This document shows, piece after piece, positions 50,301 through 62,300 of a stretch of 64,000 bases of DNA (positions within the stretch are counted from its first letter, which is position 1; the number at the start of each line of letters is the position of its first letter). Source of the stretch: Fimbriosthenelais zetlandica (taxonomy: Eukaryota); assembly GCA_977030845.1 (NCBI GenBank), contig OZ365115.1, positions 17,236,001 through 17,300,000 on the forward strand, given 5' to 3'. The notes under the pieces are model-generated. The model was not told where the DNA came from and ran no database searches. It saw nothing but the letters and a program-made list of their open reading frames with translations. The position numbers and the translations under genes are program-made.

Positions 50301-53300
50301 ATATAATGTCTTCAGACCAGTAAAACCATATATGGCATTAAAGCACTCAATGAGATCTATGAGATGAAAAACTTATAATTTACAGCCAAACGTCCCTGAA
50401 AGGGCTACTAGACTGCAAACATCAAAACATGCCATGCACCCAATTCGTGAGAACTATACCATCTGTTGTGAAAAACGTTACTAACTTACTACATCCACAA
50501 AGAGATCCTTTTGAAATTATTTTATATCTTGGTGGTTGAAAGACCCACGAAAAATACACGCAAATGCCTGTGCATATTTGTGAAAATTCTCAGTGGCCCA
50601 AATCATTTTTTTTGTAATTTTTAAAGGAACAATACACTTTACTAGAAATTCATTTTCCCCTGCTCAAGACCTGGCCATCTGTTCAGTTTATGCTTCTGAT
50701 TTTAACTGTTATATTTTAACACGAAATATAATTTATTTTAACATGAAATATAAATTTAGTTTAACAAGAAATATAAATTCATTTTAATATGGAATACAAA
50801 TTTATTTTAACATAAAATATAAAGCAAGGGGACGACTTACAGGGGGAGGTGGTGGTATGTATGTAGGCCCATAAGGATTAAATTGTTGTGTGCTCCAGGG
50901 CGGTAAGCCTGGTAAAGGAGCTAATGTGTCCCTCTCCACTTCTGACACCGAGTCAATATCCTCTAGTGTTAACGAAGACATGTCTGGAATGCAAGACAGC
51001 GATCAATGATTAAATACGAGAAAAAACAACAACATGGGCATAGAGAGGAGAGCACTACACGAAGCATGCTGGGGTGTGAATATATTATATATATACATGC
51101 AGGAATTTAACCAAAATGAGGGAAGGACAATGAATAAAAACAATTGACCAATTGGTGGTGCAGAGGGTTCGGCTAATTCATGGAATTTTTTAGATGAATC
51201 AATAATCATAGAATATAAATATACAAGGTACAAGGTAATATTTTTTCTTTCCATTGCACATTTCAATAAAACTGATGGATACTATTCATGCAGAATGGAA
51301 ATTTCCAAGTATGCAAATGGTACCACACTCTAAATTGGTCAATCGTTGCAGTTGTCCACATTCTGGGATCAGCTGCTAACTGTTTCATGGGACTATCCAT
51401 CCCCATTGAATGAGGCCCCCCTTCAGTTATCAATTTGAAAAAAATAATTTCCTGATAGTAATAGTATTTTCCTTCAAGCAGCCTCTGAAACGGTTGAAAT
51501 TCCTTTTGAATTCTGGCTGTGTCTTATAAATAAATAAAGGAGAGGGTCCATGACTCATAAGAAAACCTTAAGCCTTTCATTAGTCTAGTCAGAGATTCTA
51601 TGGATTAAGTAAATACTGGAGCCTGTTGAAAATTTAGATGTTGACTTTGTTGAATTTATCGAATCTAATTCTAATGTTTATTTTTATGTATGTTGTTAAT
51701 TTGCCACACTTGATATATATATATAAATGAAGGATGTTGTGATTTTATTTGTGGAGAAAAATTTTGCTGGGTAAAAAAAGTTTCCAGGCGCGGCATGGAA
51801 AACAAAGCAGTTGATGGCTACTACAGCAAAAAGTGATAGAGCAATCTATGAAAGAAGTTAAAGGGAGAAAGAAGAGGAGGAGGAGGTTTGAGATTAAAGA
51901 GAAGAAAGCTAGGTCATGGCTGATCAAAAGTTGCCATGGATACTGACTCGTTATCATGTTGGGCATAAGGGGCGCTGAACTGAACATACTGGCATCGTAC
52001 TCCATCCCAGGAACTAGAAAGAAAATGCAAACAGGCACGGTTGTCAAGGAAATCTGAGTGTATAGAGCAGTGGCGGGGATGACAGTCGACCAAGGTAAAA
52101 AAAAAACTGAAAGTATTTGGAGGACCAAAACCAGCATATATACCGTATTTGCCGGTGTATAAACCGCACCTTTTTGCTCTGAAATTGGGAGTTGTATATA
52201 TGGCTTATATATGGATTTCAGCTGAGCGGCCAGGGGTGCGGGTTATATACACCGGTGCGGCTTATACACCGGAAAATACGGTAATAAGAAATAAAAAAAA
52301 AAACATTTTAGCGCCTTTCGGGATGTCACAGGTAGATTTTTCCCAAATTTACCAATAATGAAAAAACCTGAATTTGGAATTTTATTAAAGGAGGACTGTC
52401 ATCCCTGCAGTGGTGACATGGGCTAGCTATAGCAGCAGCCTACAAGAGCAGGCCAAGCATGGCTAGCACTGGATTAGCTAGACAAGTGGCTCGGTATGGA
52501 TATGACGCAGGTCACTAAGGCAATCAAGCTTTCTAGGCAATCAATCTTGTCTTTTTTATTGAGATTTTTTAGGTTGTTTTTGTGTGAGTTTTGAAGCTGG
52601 AGAAGCACATGGATTGGAAGTGATAAAAGAGTCGATGTCAGTAAGGTATGGAGGTAAATGTGATGTAATTATGGCTACTGCAAACATTATAATAATTAAT
52701 TTATTGGACTGATTAGTCTTGTCTTCAGTGGGAATGACTGACCGGAAGACATTAAAATTTAATGCTGAATTACGGAGGAAAAGGACAACCATGTTCCCAA
52801 CCGCAAATCCATTTGCTTCCATTACCCCATTTGTTCTCCATATTTGTCGAAAATATTTTTACTTGGAAAATTTCTACTTGGAATTTTAATTGTTGATGTT
52901 GAGGTATTTTCTAAGCTATCTCCTATTGTTTTGATCCTGTTTTAGTTTAGAAAAAATTATTTTTTGCTTGAAATTTTAATTGTTGATTTTCATGAGAGTG
53001 GGTTTTTTCTTAAGTTACCTCCTGCCCGATTTAAGAAAAAAATAGTTAGGGATTTTTCTACTTACAAAAGACTCTATCCAAACCACATCAAATACAGATG
53101 AGTAAACATCATCAGTGCAGTACCAACGATGCTACCCTACTATTGACAATCAAGTCTTCACTTGTGCTCACAACACATCACATCTTAGTGAGATAATTCA
53201 CCAACGAAATCAGCCTGATAATTACTAACCAACCCCAAAGACAAATATAGTGAATGCCAGAGCCACACAACTTATATTCTAAAATCAATTAAATGTAACA

Positions 53301-56300
53301 ATATGGGCGAGTTTAAATTTGGTGTTAACTCTGGGTGTTTAAGTGTTATTTAAAGGGGGAAAACACTAGTATCATGTAAATTTAAAAAACTTGAATTATT
53401 TATCCAGAAATACATTTGGTGAAAAAATATTACAGATTTTTTTCTTGAAATAACTTGTTAAATATTGTGTATTTTTTTACCAAATGTATTTCAGGATAAT
53501 TCAAGTTTTTTTTAGTTTATTCAAAATTACATTATACTAGTGTTTTCTTCCCCTTTAATATTAAACACCACATTTCAACTCACCCAATGTAAGTTTGGTA
53601 TAGGGTAAGCGGGGGTAATAAGCCCAAGTGGGTAATAGGCCCTACTGCTGTAAAGAAAAATGTTTAATATTTTATTCCGAACACATCAGCAGTTATTTTA
53701 GGTCAATAACGAAATAATGCTTTATTATTGACGTGTTAAAATAACCACAGACTGATGTGTTAGGAATAAAATATTACACATTTTTACAGCAGTGGGGCCT
53801 ATTACTCACTGGGGCTTATTACCCAAGCTTCCCCTAGTATTTAAGCAACCAGGAGGAATGGATGGCCACTATAGTAACACTAACTTACCTCCACATAAAT
53901 CACCAAAGACATAGTAGCATTGTTCAGAGAAGGTAAGCTTATTGACGGTGTGTCGGATGTAGCCTGCTTTTAGCAGGTTACAGGCGTACTTGCGGGCATC
54001 CCGCCTGTCAGCAAAGCCTTCCACGTGGGTATGTAGCCAGTCAACGAGATCTGAACCTAGAGAGAGGAGAGACCAGCAAAAAATGACACATTAAAACTGT
54101 CTCTATCTACAAACATACCCGATATACATACTTTATATGACTGTCCTTTACTCTCCATGGTTGGCAGGGAATATTGCTGCTCCATTCACTTAAAACTCTT
54201 TATTTCAACTTGGTTCATTTTCAGCATCTGCAACTTTACAGCTTTTCAATATTAACTTAAAATCAAAATATTCTTAAATCAATATATTCTTTGTGATCAT
54301 TAAGCGCCTTCCTTTTTCTTATAATTTAATATACAGGAATCTTTCAAGAAATTTTGGGTCAAAAAAATTGCAATGATGAATAAGTAAATTGTAAGTAAGT
54401 TAAAACGTGAGGGGAAAAAACGGCAGGAGATTAAAAAAAGGTCTCAGCTTATACTATTACTTGCGGCTTTTACAATGGTCAAAATGCCATCCCTGTGAGG
54501 GGATGCCATTGGTCAGTACAAAAAAAACACAGAACAAATAAACCTCCAAATAATGTATGTAGTGGTAGTAATAATAGTAGTACTGTTAAATCACCAACCC
54601 GACTTACACACCACGGGATATATATATAAATTTGTATTAAACGAGTAAAAAAAATTGATAAAAAGATATGGAACTGAAAGTTCTCAAACACAATACATTC
54701 ATGGAGTAAGCGGACATTGAGGGCTCTTTGGGCCTCGCTGTGCTTCCTAACCCTAGCTTCGCAACACAGACGCCACCCGGCCAGTCCGGAGGGTGAGAGT
54801 ACAGTGGGGAGAGCACTAGAGTAACCAACAACAGCAGGCCAAGGCTCAACACAATGGGGCTTACCCATGAACGCATTGGGGATGGTAATTTTCAGCCACA
54901 TCCGATCACGGATTTCCAGTCCTGAGTCCGGCTGGGCCATCGCTTTCACTATGGTGACCATGTCCGTGTTCACCGTCAAGTTGAGGTTGTCGTGGAAACC
55001 TGGAAAATACAAAAGGTAGAATCTCTTTTTTTTCTATAATTTTTATAATGTAAGTTGTTGAATTTAATGAGGTGTATTGGATTTTTTTTTATGATCAATG
55101 ATGAATTTACAGTATATAAGATAAATGTGTTCTCTCTCTAAATTATCAGAAATATGTTGTTAAGTTCGGGGCATGCCTTACCATAAAGTATGTAATAATT
55201 TTATTTAAAAAAAAATAAATTATGTATACAAGTGACGACTAGGTAGATTACACACTCAGATAGAAAAATATCAAGGTGTGTAATTAAAACCGAAAAAATT
55301 GTATTAGGACAATTTGACTGGGAATTCCACATAGGTTTCATTCTGGCCGTTTCTGGGCATGCTGCTTTTTATGACAATTCAAGACAACAGATGATAGGGA
55401 TGCAGATTTTAAGTATTTGGGCTATTTTGATACAGACACCGTTGGAACTTTCTCAAGTTGAGATTAAGGATCCAGATCTTGATAATGAACATTTTGATAC
55501 ACCCATCACATTTAGCAATAACTATTTTATCATATAACAATTATGCGGATACAAGGTTTCCATGCTCTTCATGCAACCGGCATAAACGACATTAAATTTC
55601 CTATTTTAATGAAAGAAAAAAGATTTAGTAATTAATCGTTTCGAAGTCCACTCTCCTAAATATAAAAGTTAATAGCTTAATGAGAAACCTTAAAGTACTA
55701 AAATGTAAACACTCCCTCCTGCTAAATATTTTGACTCCAGCACCGTTATTATTCATTTTAAATAGAACAGAATAAAAAGAAAGACAGTAAGGATTGGGGA
55801 ATAGATTTTAGCAAGAGACAGGGATTGAGAAACGAAAGAAGGGACAGAGAAAGAATGGCTAGATGTGGATAGAGTGGGAGGGGAAAGGAAATAATAGTCC
55901 GAAGAAAGTATAAAGGAACCAGGAAAGAAGGGAAGAATGAATGAATGAATGAATGAATGAATGAATGAATGAATGAATTAATGAATGAATGAATGAAGAA
56001 AAGATAAAAGAAAAAGAACGGAAATCTGGAGGACAGATAATGTTAACCTATGTACTTCCATGCATTCGGATTAAATTTCGAAAATGAAGACCAGAAGAGA
56101 TCGCTCAAATTCACTTATATCTCAGCTAATATTCTTTACATAAAAAACCTAAACATGTTAGATATCTGGCAAATCACACGACTACAAAGACACTTCTCTG
56201 GATATATGACAATAGTTAAAAATGCAACATGCGCTTTCAAGGTCGGGGACTCATTCAGGAACAACATACCAAGGGACCTATCCATACTTTTATTTTCAAA

Positions 56301-59300
56301 TCCAAATCTTATTCCTTGAGAAAATGTCAATGTATAAAATCTAGTTTTTTCAGAGAAAGATGATTGAGGTGGGGGAAGGGTGAAGGCATATATACTTACG
56401 GTCCGACTTCGGTACTGAGTATATTACTGAGGAGACTGCAGTGGGAACAAAGCGAAATATCATCAGGCAAAGGGGCACAAGGGAGAAGAGAGGAGGGATA
56501 GGAGGGACTATCCCCTATCACAGTACCATGCTCCCATACATCCTCCCAAAATCTATACAACTAACCCTGCTCTATCCTATACTTTTTTTAATTTTTTAGT
56601 TAAAATTTTTATAGAGCCGTATTATTATGGGTGGATACCAGCTCACAATCTTGATTATTCAAGTTTTCGTATGATTTTCAGCTGGGGGCTCTTTCTTTGT
56701 ACATTACTACATTGCCTTCTGTGCAATGGGTATTTCTAGGTGCATGTGCTCTAGAACATATATACAGACTATACAACGCACCAACACCCTGAGGAGGGAG
56801 GCATTGGAAATGCCTTGGAGAGCTCGGGGGATTGAACCGCCGATCTACTTGTTATGTGTAGGAACTCTTCTTTTCAGATATGAAAAGATTTGATACTGGG
56901 TTAAGTACTATTTGGTAAGGGAACAGAGCGGAGCTTGCTGTGGGAGGATGTCACATATATATATATCCAAGACAAAGATTATAAAAGACCCACGACTACC
57001 ACTAGTTAACATTTCAGCAGGATTTCGTCCCCCACCAAATTAGCTAACCAGATGATTATCTGCTAAATGATTTGAATCACCAATATGACATAAAATCAAT
57101 GTCAGAATTAGAAGCCCTGCATGCAAATCTATCATAAATGTGTACCATTTCCCCACATGACAAAACTATGATCCTTGAAGAACAAAGCTAACAAAGGGGC
57201 AGAAAATGGTAACAAAACAATATCTGATTCCTACTCCACTCGTCAGAGCGGTTAAGAATCCAAGTTAACAAATCCGGAAAAGGAAAGCTTGGATGTGAAT
57301 AGAGCAAACCTGACAAGTATTGCTTAATTTTCTTTTCATCTTCTTATCCACTAGAGTCTAAAAACCGTCGGACTTAAAATTTTTATAATTTTATCTTTCT
57401 CTTTTCATCCACTAAAGTCTAAAAAAAACTCTTAAAATAATCCAAGCATTCTATTTCTGTATAGAAACCCCCTCAAGCATTATCTATATAGGCATGAATA
57501 GGTATAATCTGTGAAAAATGACTTACGTTCCGAATCTGGTATAGAACTGGATAAAGACGACGTTGTGGACGTGACAGTGCTAAGTGAAGGGCTCATGGCT
57601 CCCGGTCCCCGACCGAAGAAGTCTCCACGGACAGCGTTGGTGTGCGCTACCCACGCGCCAGGGTCGATGGGCCGCACAGGCTCAGACGGGCGCGGGATGG
57701 TGAAGTACCCCTTGGGATTGGGATCCCAACACTTGGCAACCACTAACGTGATCGGTCTAAAAAAAAAAAAAAAGACATGAAGTTTAGAGGATGTTTTAGT
57801 AAATTCCTGATAATTTAACCCCTTAATTATTATAAAGTACATGTAATGTCAACTTGGGTTTAAATGTCACGAATTTGGTTTAAGAAGACTTATATTCTTA
57901 TGATTTAGCCCCCTGTGAAAGTGCATAATTCCAAGAATACAAGAAATTACAAATTAATTTGAAGATTTTTGACGATTTTGGGATTACCTATCTGCTAATC
58001 ACCATAGGGAAAATATTTTTTTTAAAACACAATAAATTACAATACATTTTAAAGCAAATTTACATTTAAAACTAAATTTACAACGTGCTTAATTCCAAGA
58101 ATACAAGACATTTGCAATACATTTTAAACCAAATTATTTTCAAAACATTTCAAATTTCTGGCGAGCTTACCCTGGTTTTTGGACCGCCTCTCGTAACGTC
58201 CGCACAGCATCGTCATTACTCATATTCTCAAAACTGACTCCGTTCACCTCCAGAATCATGTCCCCAGGCTCTATCCGACCGTCTTGAGCAACTGCACCTC
58301 TACAAAGATCGAAGGAACAAACTCAATTTATATTGATAATTTTAGTATCAAAATTTCCTTCATATGCCTTCTTTTTTATGCCTCGGCTCTTCCATATTTG
58401 TATTGATAATTTACTTAAAATTTACACTTGTAAGTATAAAAGACAAATTTCTCTCACTGACTTTGACTATGATTGTTAATTTAAGGTGTAAAACTACCAT
58501 CAAAACCTGGTAATTTCCAACTTACCCCTTCATTATAGAACCTACGTATATACCTCCATCGCCGCCTTTATTACTTTGTCCAACTATGCTAATACCTAAA
58601 AAGTTGACTGTGTCTGCAAGGGAGGAAAAATCGAATGAGTATCGGAGAAAAAATTTTAATTTATTCATTCATTATTTGATCATTCTTTGAGTAGAATTAG
58701 ATCTATACGATTTTGTTAAAACTAAATCCAAGACATGAAGAAAAATAACTGTGGAACTTACCCATATTAAGTGTGACTGTAATAATATTAAGTGACATAG
58801 TAGAATCCGTTATGCTACTGAAGGAAGAAGCCTGAAAAAGAAGGAAGAGGTCCATTATTATCACTGACGAAGAGGAATGTAATGGGTGTATTTTTTAATT
58901 AATTAGCCTGAGGAATATGCCGATGTTTCTTTTATTTTCAAAGAATGAATTTTCAGGCCTATAAAAGCTTATGTTTGGCATGTAAAATGAGTTCCAGACC
59001 ATTTTTTCAAGGTTCAACATTTTATTTGTACTGAATCAGACACATGGGTTTATCACAGAAGATTCGTACAATTCACTTGTCATTGCTCCAATTGAAAATT
59101 ATGATTATTTCAGATTTAAAAACATGTCACCGACCCCGGTGTATTAAATCAGTAATAAAAGGGGAAAATCTTTTGTCATGAGATCAACGAGAGGATTTAT
59201 TTATTAGGTTTAATAGGAAACAAGCGCTTGTATAGAGCCAGGCTAAACTTATTTTAAGTAAAATCTTAGGTAAAATGTGTTTAGTAGCGAATCGCAAAAG

Positions 59301-62300
59301 TCTGGTACTTGGCAAGACATCAGGTAATAAGCAAATTGTTTGGCAAAGCAAGACTTAACTTTCTTTGTACCACTTAATAATCATTTATCAGTTTACTTTT
59401 AAGAGGTCCTTCGCCTTCTGTGAATTTGTGTCTTGCGTACATTTCTATTTCATATTAAATTTTAGGAACGTAGGTTCCTAAAGTAACCGAGCTAATTATT
59501 CAGGGAGAAACAAGACAGTAATCGCATTTTCACAACGTTCTACACTTTTAGTTAAGAGGGACATTGGTTTTATTTCCATAAAGTTTTTATCAATTTCAGG
59601 GACTTGGTTAAGTTTATTATGTTCTGCACAGAATTGCGAACTAACATGTACAGAAGTAACTTGTCATTTTATACGATTTTACGATATTAGAAAAGAAATT
59701 TTGAGAGAATTAAAGGTATTATCACAGCTCCAAGAACCTGCTTGCCAAGCAGTAAGGAACGCAGAATAAAAGCAAGGCGCACACTGAAAGGTGGCACAAA
59801 GGGAATTGTTACAGGAAACCCATATAATATAATAAATTATACTATTTTACACTTCAATAGTCTCCATCCCATAGTGTGCATACAGCCTTAATAAACATTA
59901 TATTGAGATCTAGTGTTAAAATCAAGTATCACAAGCTGAACAAGGCTGAACTTGGAACTGACTGCTAATCGAAGAAGATGTAAGTTCTCTCAATCAACAG
60001 AGTCGGGGAAGACAGGATGGGAGAGGAAGATGGGGGCAGGGTGACCACAATCAAATAATTCTAGATAATATTTAAGATTTTGAGGACCCTTTAAGGATAA
60101 GCCAATAGACAATATTTTATATTAAAACGAGCCACATGGGCTCATTCCAAAATCACTGGCGTAGGTGGCTGAAAGAATTATTTATCTTTATTATCATTGA
60201 AAAGAAATAAGAAAATCTAAAATTAATTTATAGGTCCCAGGGTGGGAATTTAAGTCTGCAGCCACCCTGAAATATAGGGTTGGATTTAAGGATAAACATA
60301 GGATAAACAACGGATAAACATGGGGAGGAGGGTAGTGGAGAACAAAGTGTACTAGTGATAGCCTACCCATGGGCCTCGATACCCGAACGTTCCCTACACA
60401 GGATAACAACATAGCATTAAATTATCTTACTCAGCGGTTAGAGATTGGAATGGGAAGGTTAAAATAATCACCCCTTCTAATAATCTATAATTCCCCTGCT
60501 TTGGATTTTCCCCACACACAAGTTAGTTGTTCATCTGGAAAATTATAAAACAGCTTCACACTTCACCATGCCTTGAGCACTTTCAGACTTAAAATATTTT
60601 CTTCAAACATGTCCGGTTTTTCCATGTTTATCACCAATTATTCATGAGTTAAAATAAAAATTAATAAGTAATGAAAAGTACTGGTACCCACCCTGCTAAT
60701 TGGTGGCATTCTATGTCGTCTCCGTCTCCGCCGATGTCGGCCATATTTTGAAGACCTAGCTGTGGTTTCTGTTGCTGTAGAAAATCTGCAATGATTTAGC
60801 AAAAAAATAATACATGAAATTATGAGTTTTAAATGTTAAAACTTAAGAATTTTTACAATGTAATATATGATCCAGTATTGGATCTAGCATTTTTTAATAT
60901 GGGGTACTTAAATTGTTGTTGCTCTGTTGTGGGTATGTATGTAGGAGGGTTACTTAAATTCGCGTCCAAAATTAAAAACATGCCTTTTTGGGTGATATCA
61001 CATTAAAAACGCCGTCCTTATTAACGCGAATTCTGCGGATCTATAGAACTATTAAAGAGTATTTAATTTAAAAATCAAATTTATTTACCTGCTACTGGCG
61101 TCATCTTCTGAGTCGAAAAAACTTGTGGTTTCAATGTCACTGCTCATGATAGAAGAGGTAGCATCAAAACCATGCGTCCGCTCTCTGTGCTGTTTACTGT
61201 GACCATTCATTCTTGGCACTGAAAATAGTAAAACAACAACAATTGGTAAACTGGATGTCCATCAATTCACACAGCTGACATCTGGCTTTTTGTTTAAGAA
61301 CCTCTATGATTATGTGAATTTTTCTTAACATTTTCCTTCCTGAGAATGTAGGATGAAATCTCTGAAATTTATGCATTGATATTGATAATATTAAATCTGA
61401 AATCTGAAATTAATTGGCAAGGTTTTCCTTATATATTACAGCAAAAATCATTATTTATTTGTCTCCAAAAACTATGTATGCAATTCATTTTGTTATGCCT
61501 GATGTTAAATAGCAATTAACACATTGGGGGTATAACAATTTGGAATCGATAACGAAAATGGGGAATAAAGAGAAATGAAAGTAGACTTTCATTCATTTTG
61601 ACACATGTCAGTGTATGTCACTAATGACTATGAATGAAAAGTTTCCTAGTATACAAACTGTGAAGTCAAGCAAAGAAATACAACTAACCATGCAAATTAG
61701 GACAATAAATTGATACAAAAATAACCTGTGTAATAATATACCACATTACTTTCGTGTCATCAGTCATAAAAGGGTTACTACTTATTATTATTGTTCAAGC
61801 ACCCATTAACAACATAATGAGAGTTTGCCCAGCAGGTGTCCCAGTTGAACGGACACAGGCAGCTTAATCCCAACCCAAGTAATAGATGCAATATGTGACG
61901 GTTTATATACTTAGGTTCCCCTTAAGAAGATTAAGCAGGACTTAAGCAGATGATCTGACCTGCCATTTTCAAGTCCAATTTAAGCCCAGAGACACATTAT
62001 TTGCTTTTTGGTTTCTATTAATGTCAATGGATTCCCAGATAGCATTCCCCTATACTATGGCTTTGATAATGTGACATAATTTCCAAAGTATATCCCACTG
62101 CCAGATTAGGTTGATATCACGGTTTCAAACGCGTTATTCTGCCATTTACTGTTTATACAATCTTAAGTAGGGGCTTAAAAACGGGCAGATTGTGAATTAA
62201 TAAGACCTGTACATTATAATAAAGTGATCAATATCACAAGCCTTAAGCAATTTTTAGCAAGGCTCACCAAAATGTGTAATTGCCTTATATATTAAGTGGC

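Noticed and set aside
54479-55012. 177-aa ORF containing the start of the DEP domain
   Set aside because: Only 54865-54999 is exon; the rest is read-through of a strong gtaagc donor into intron
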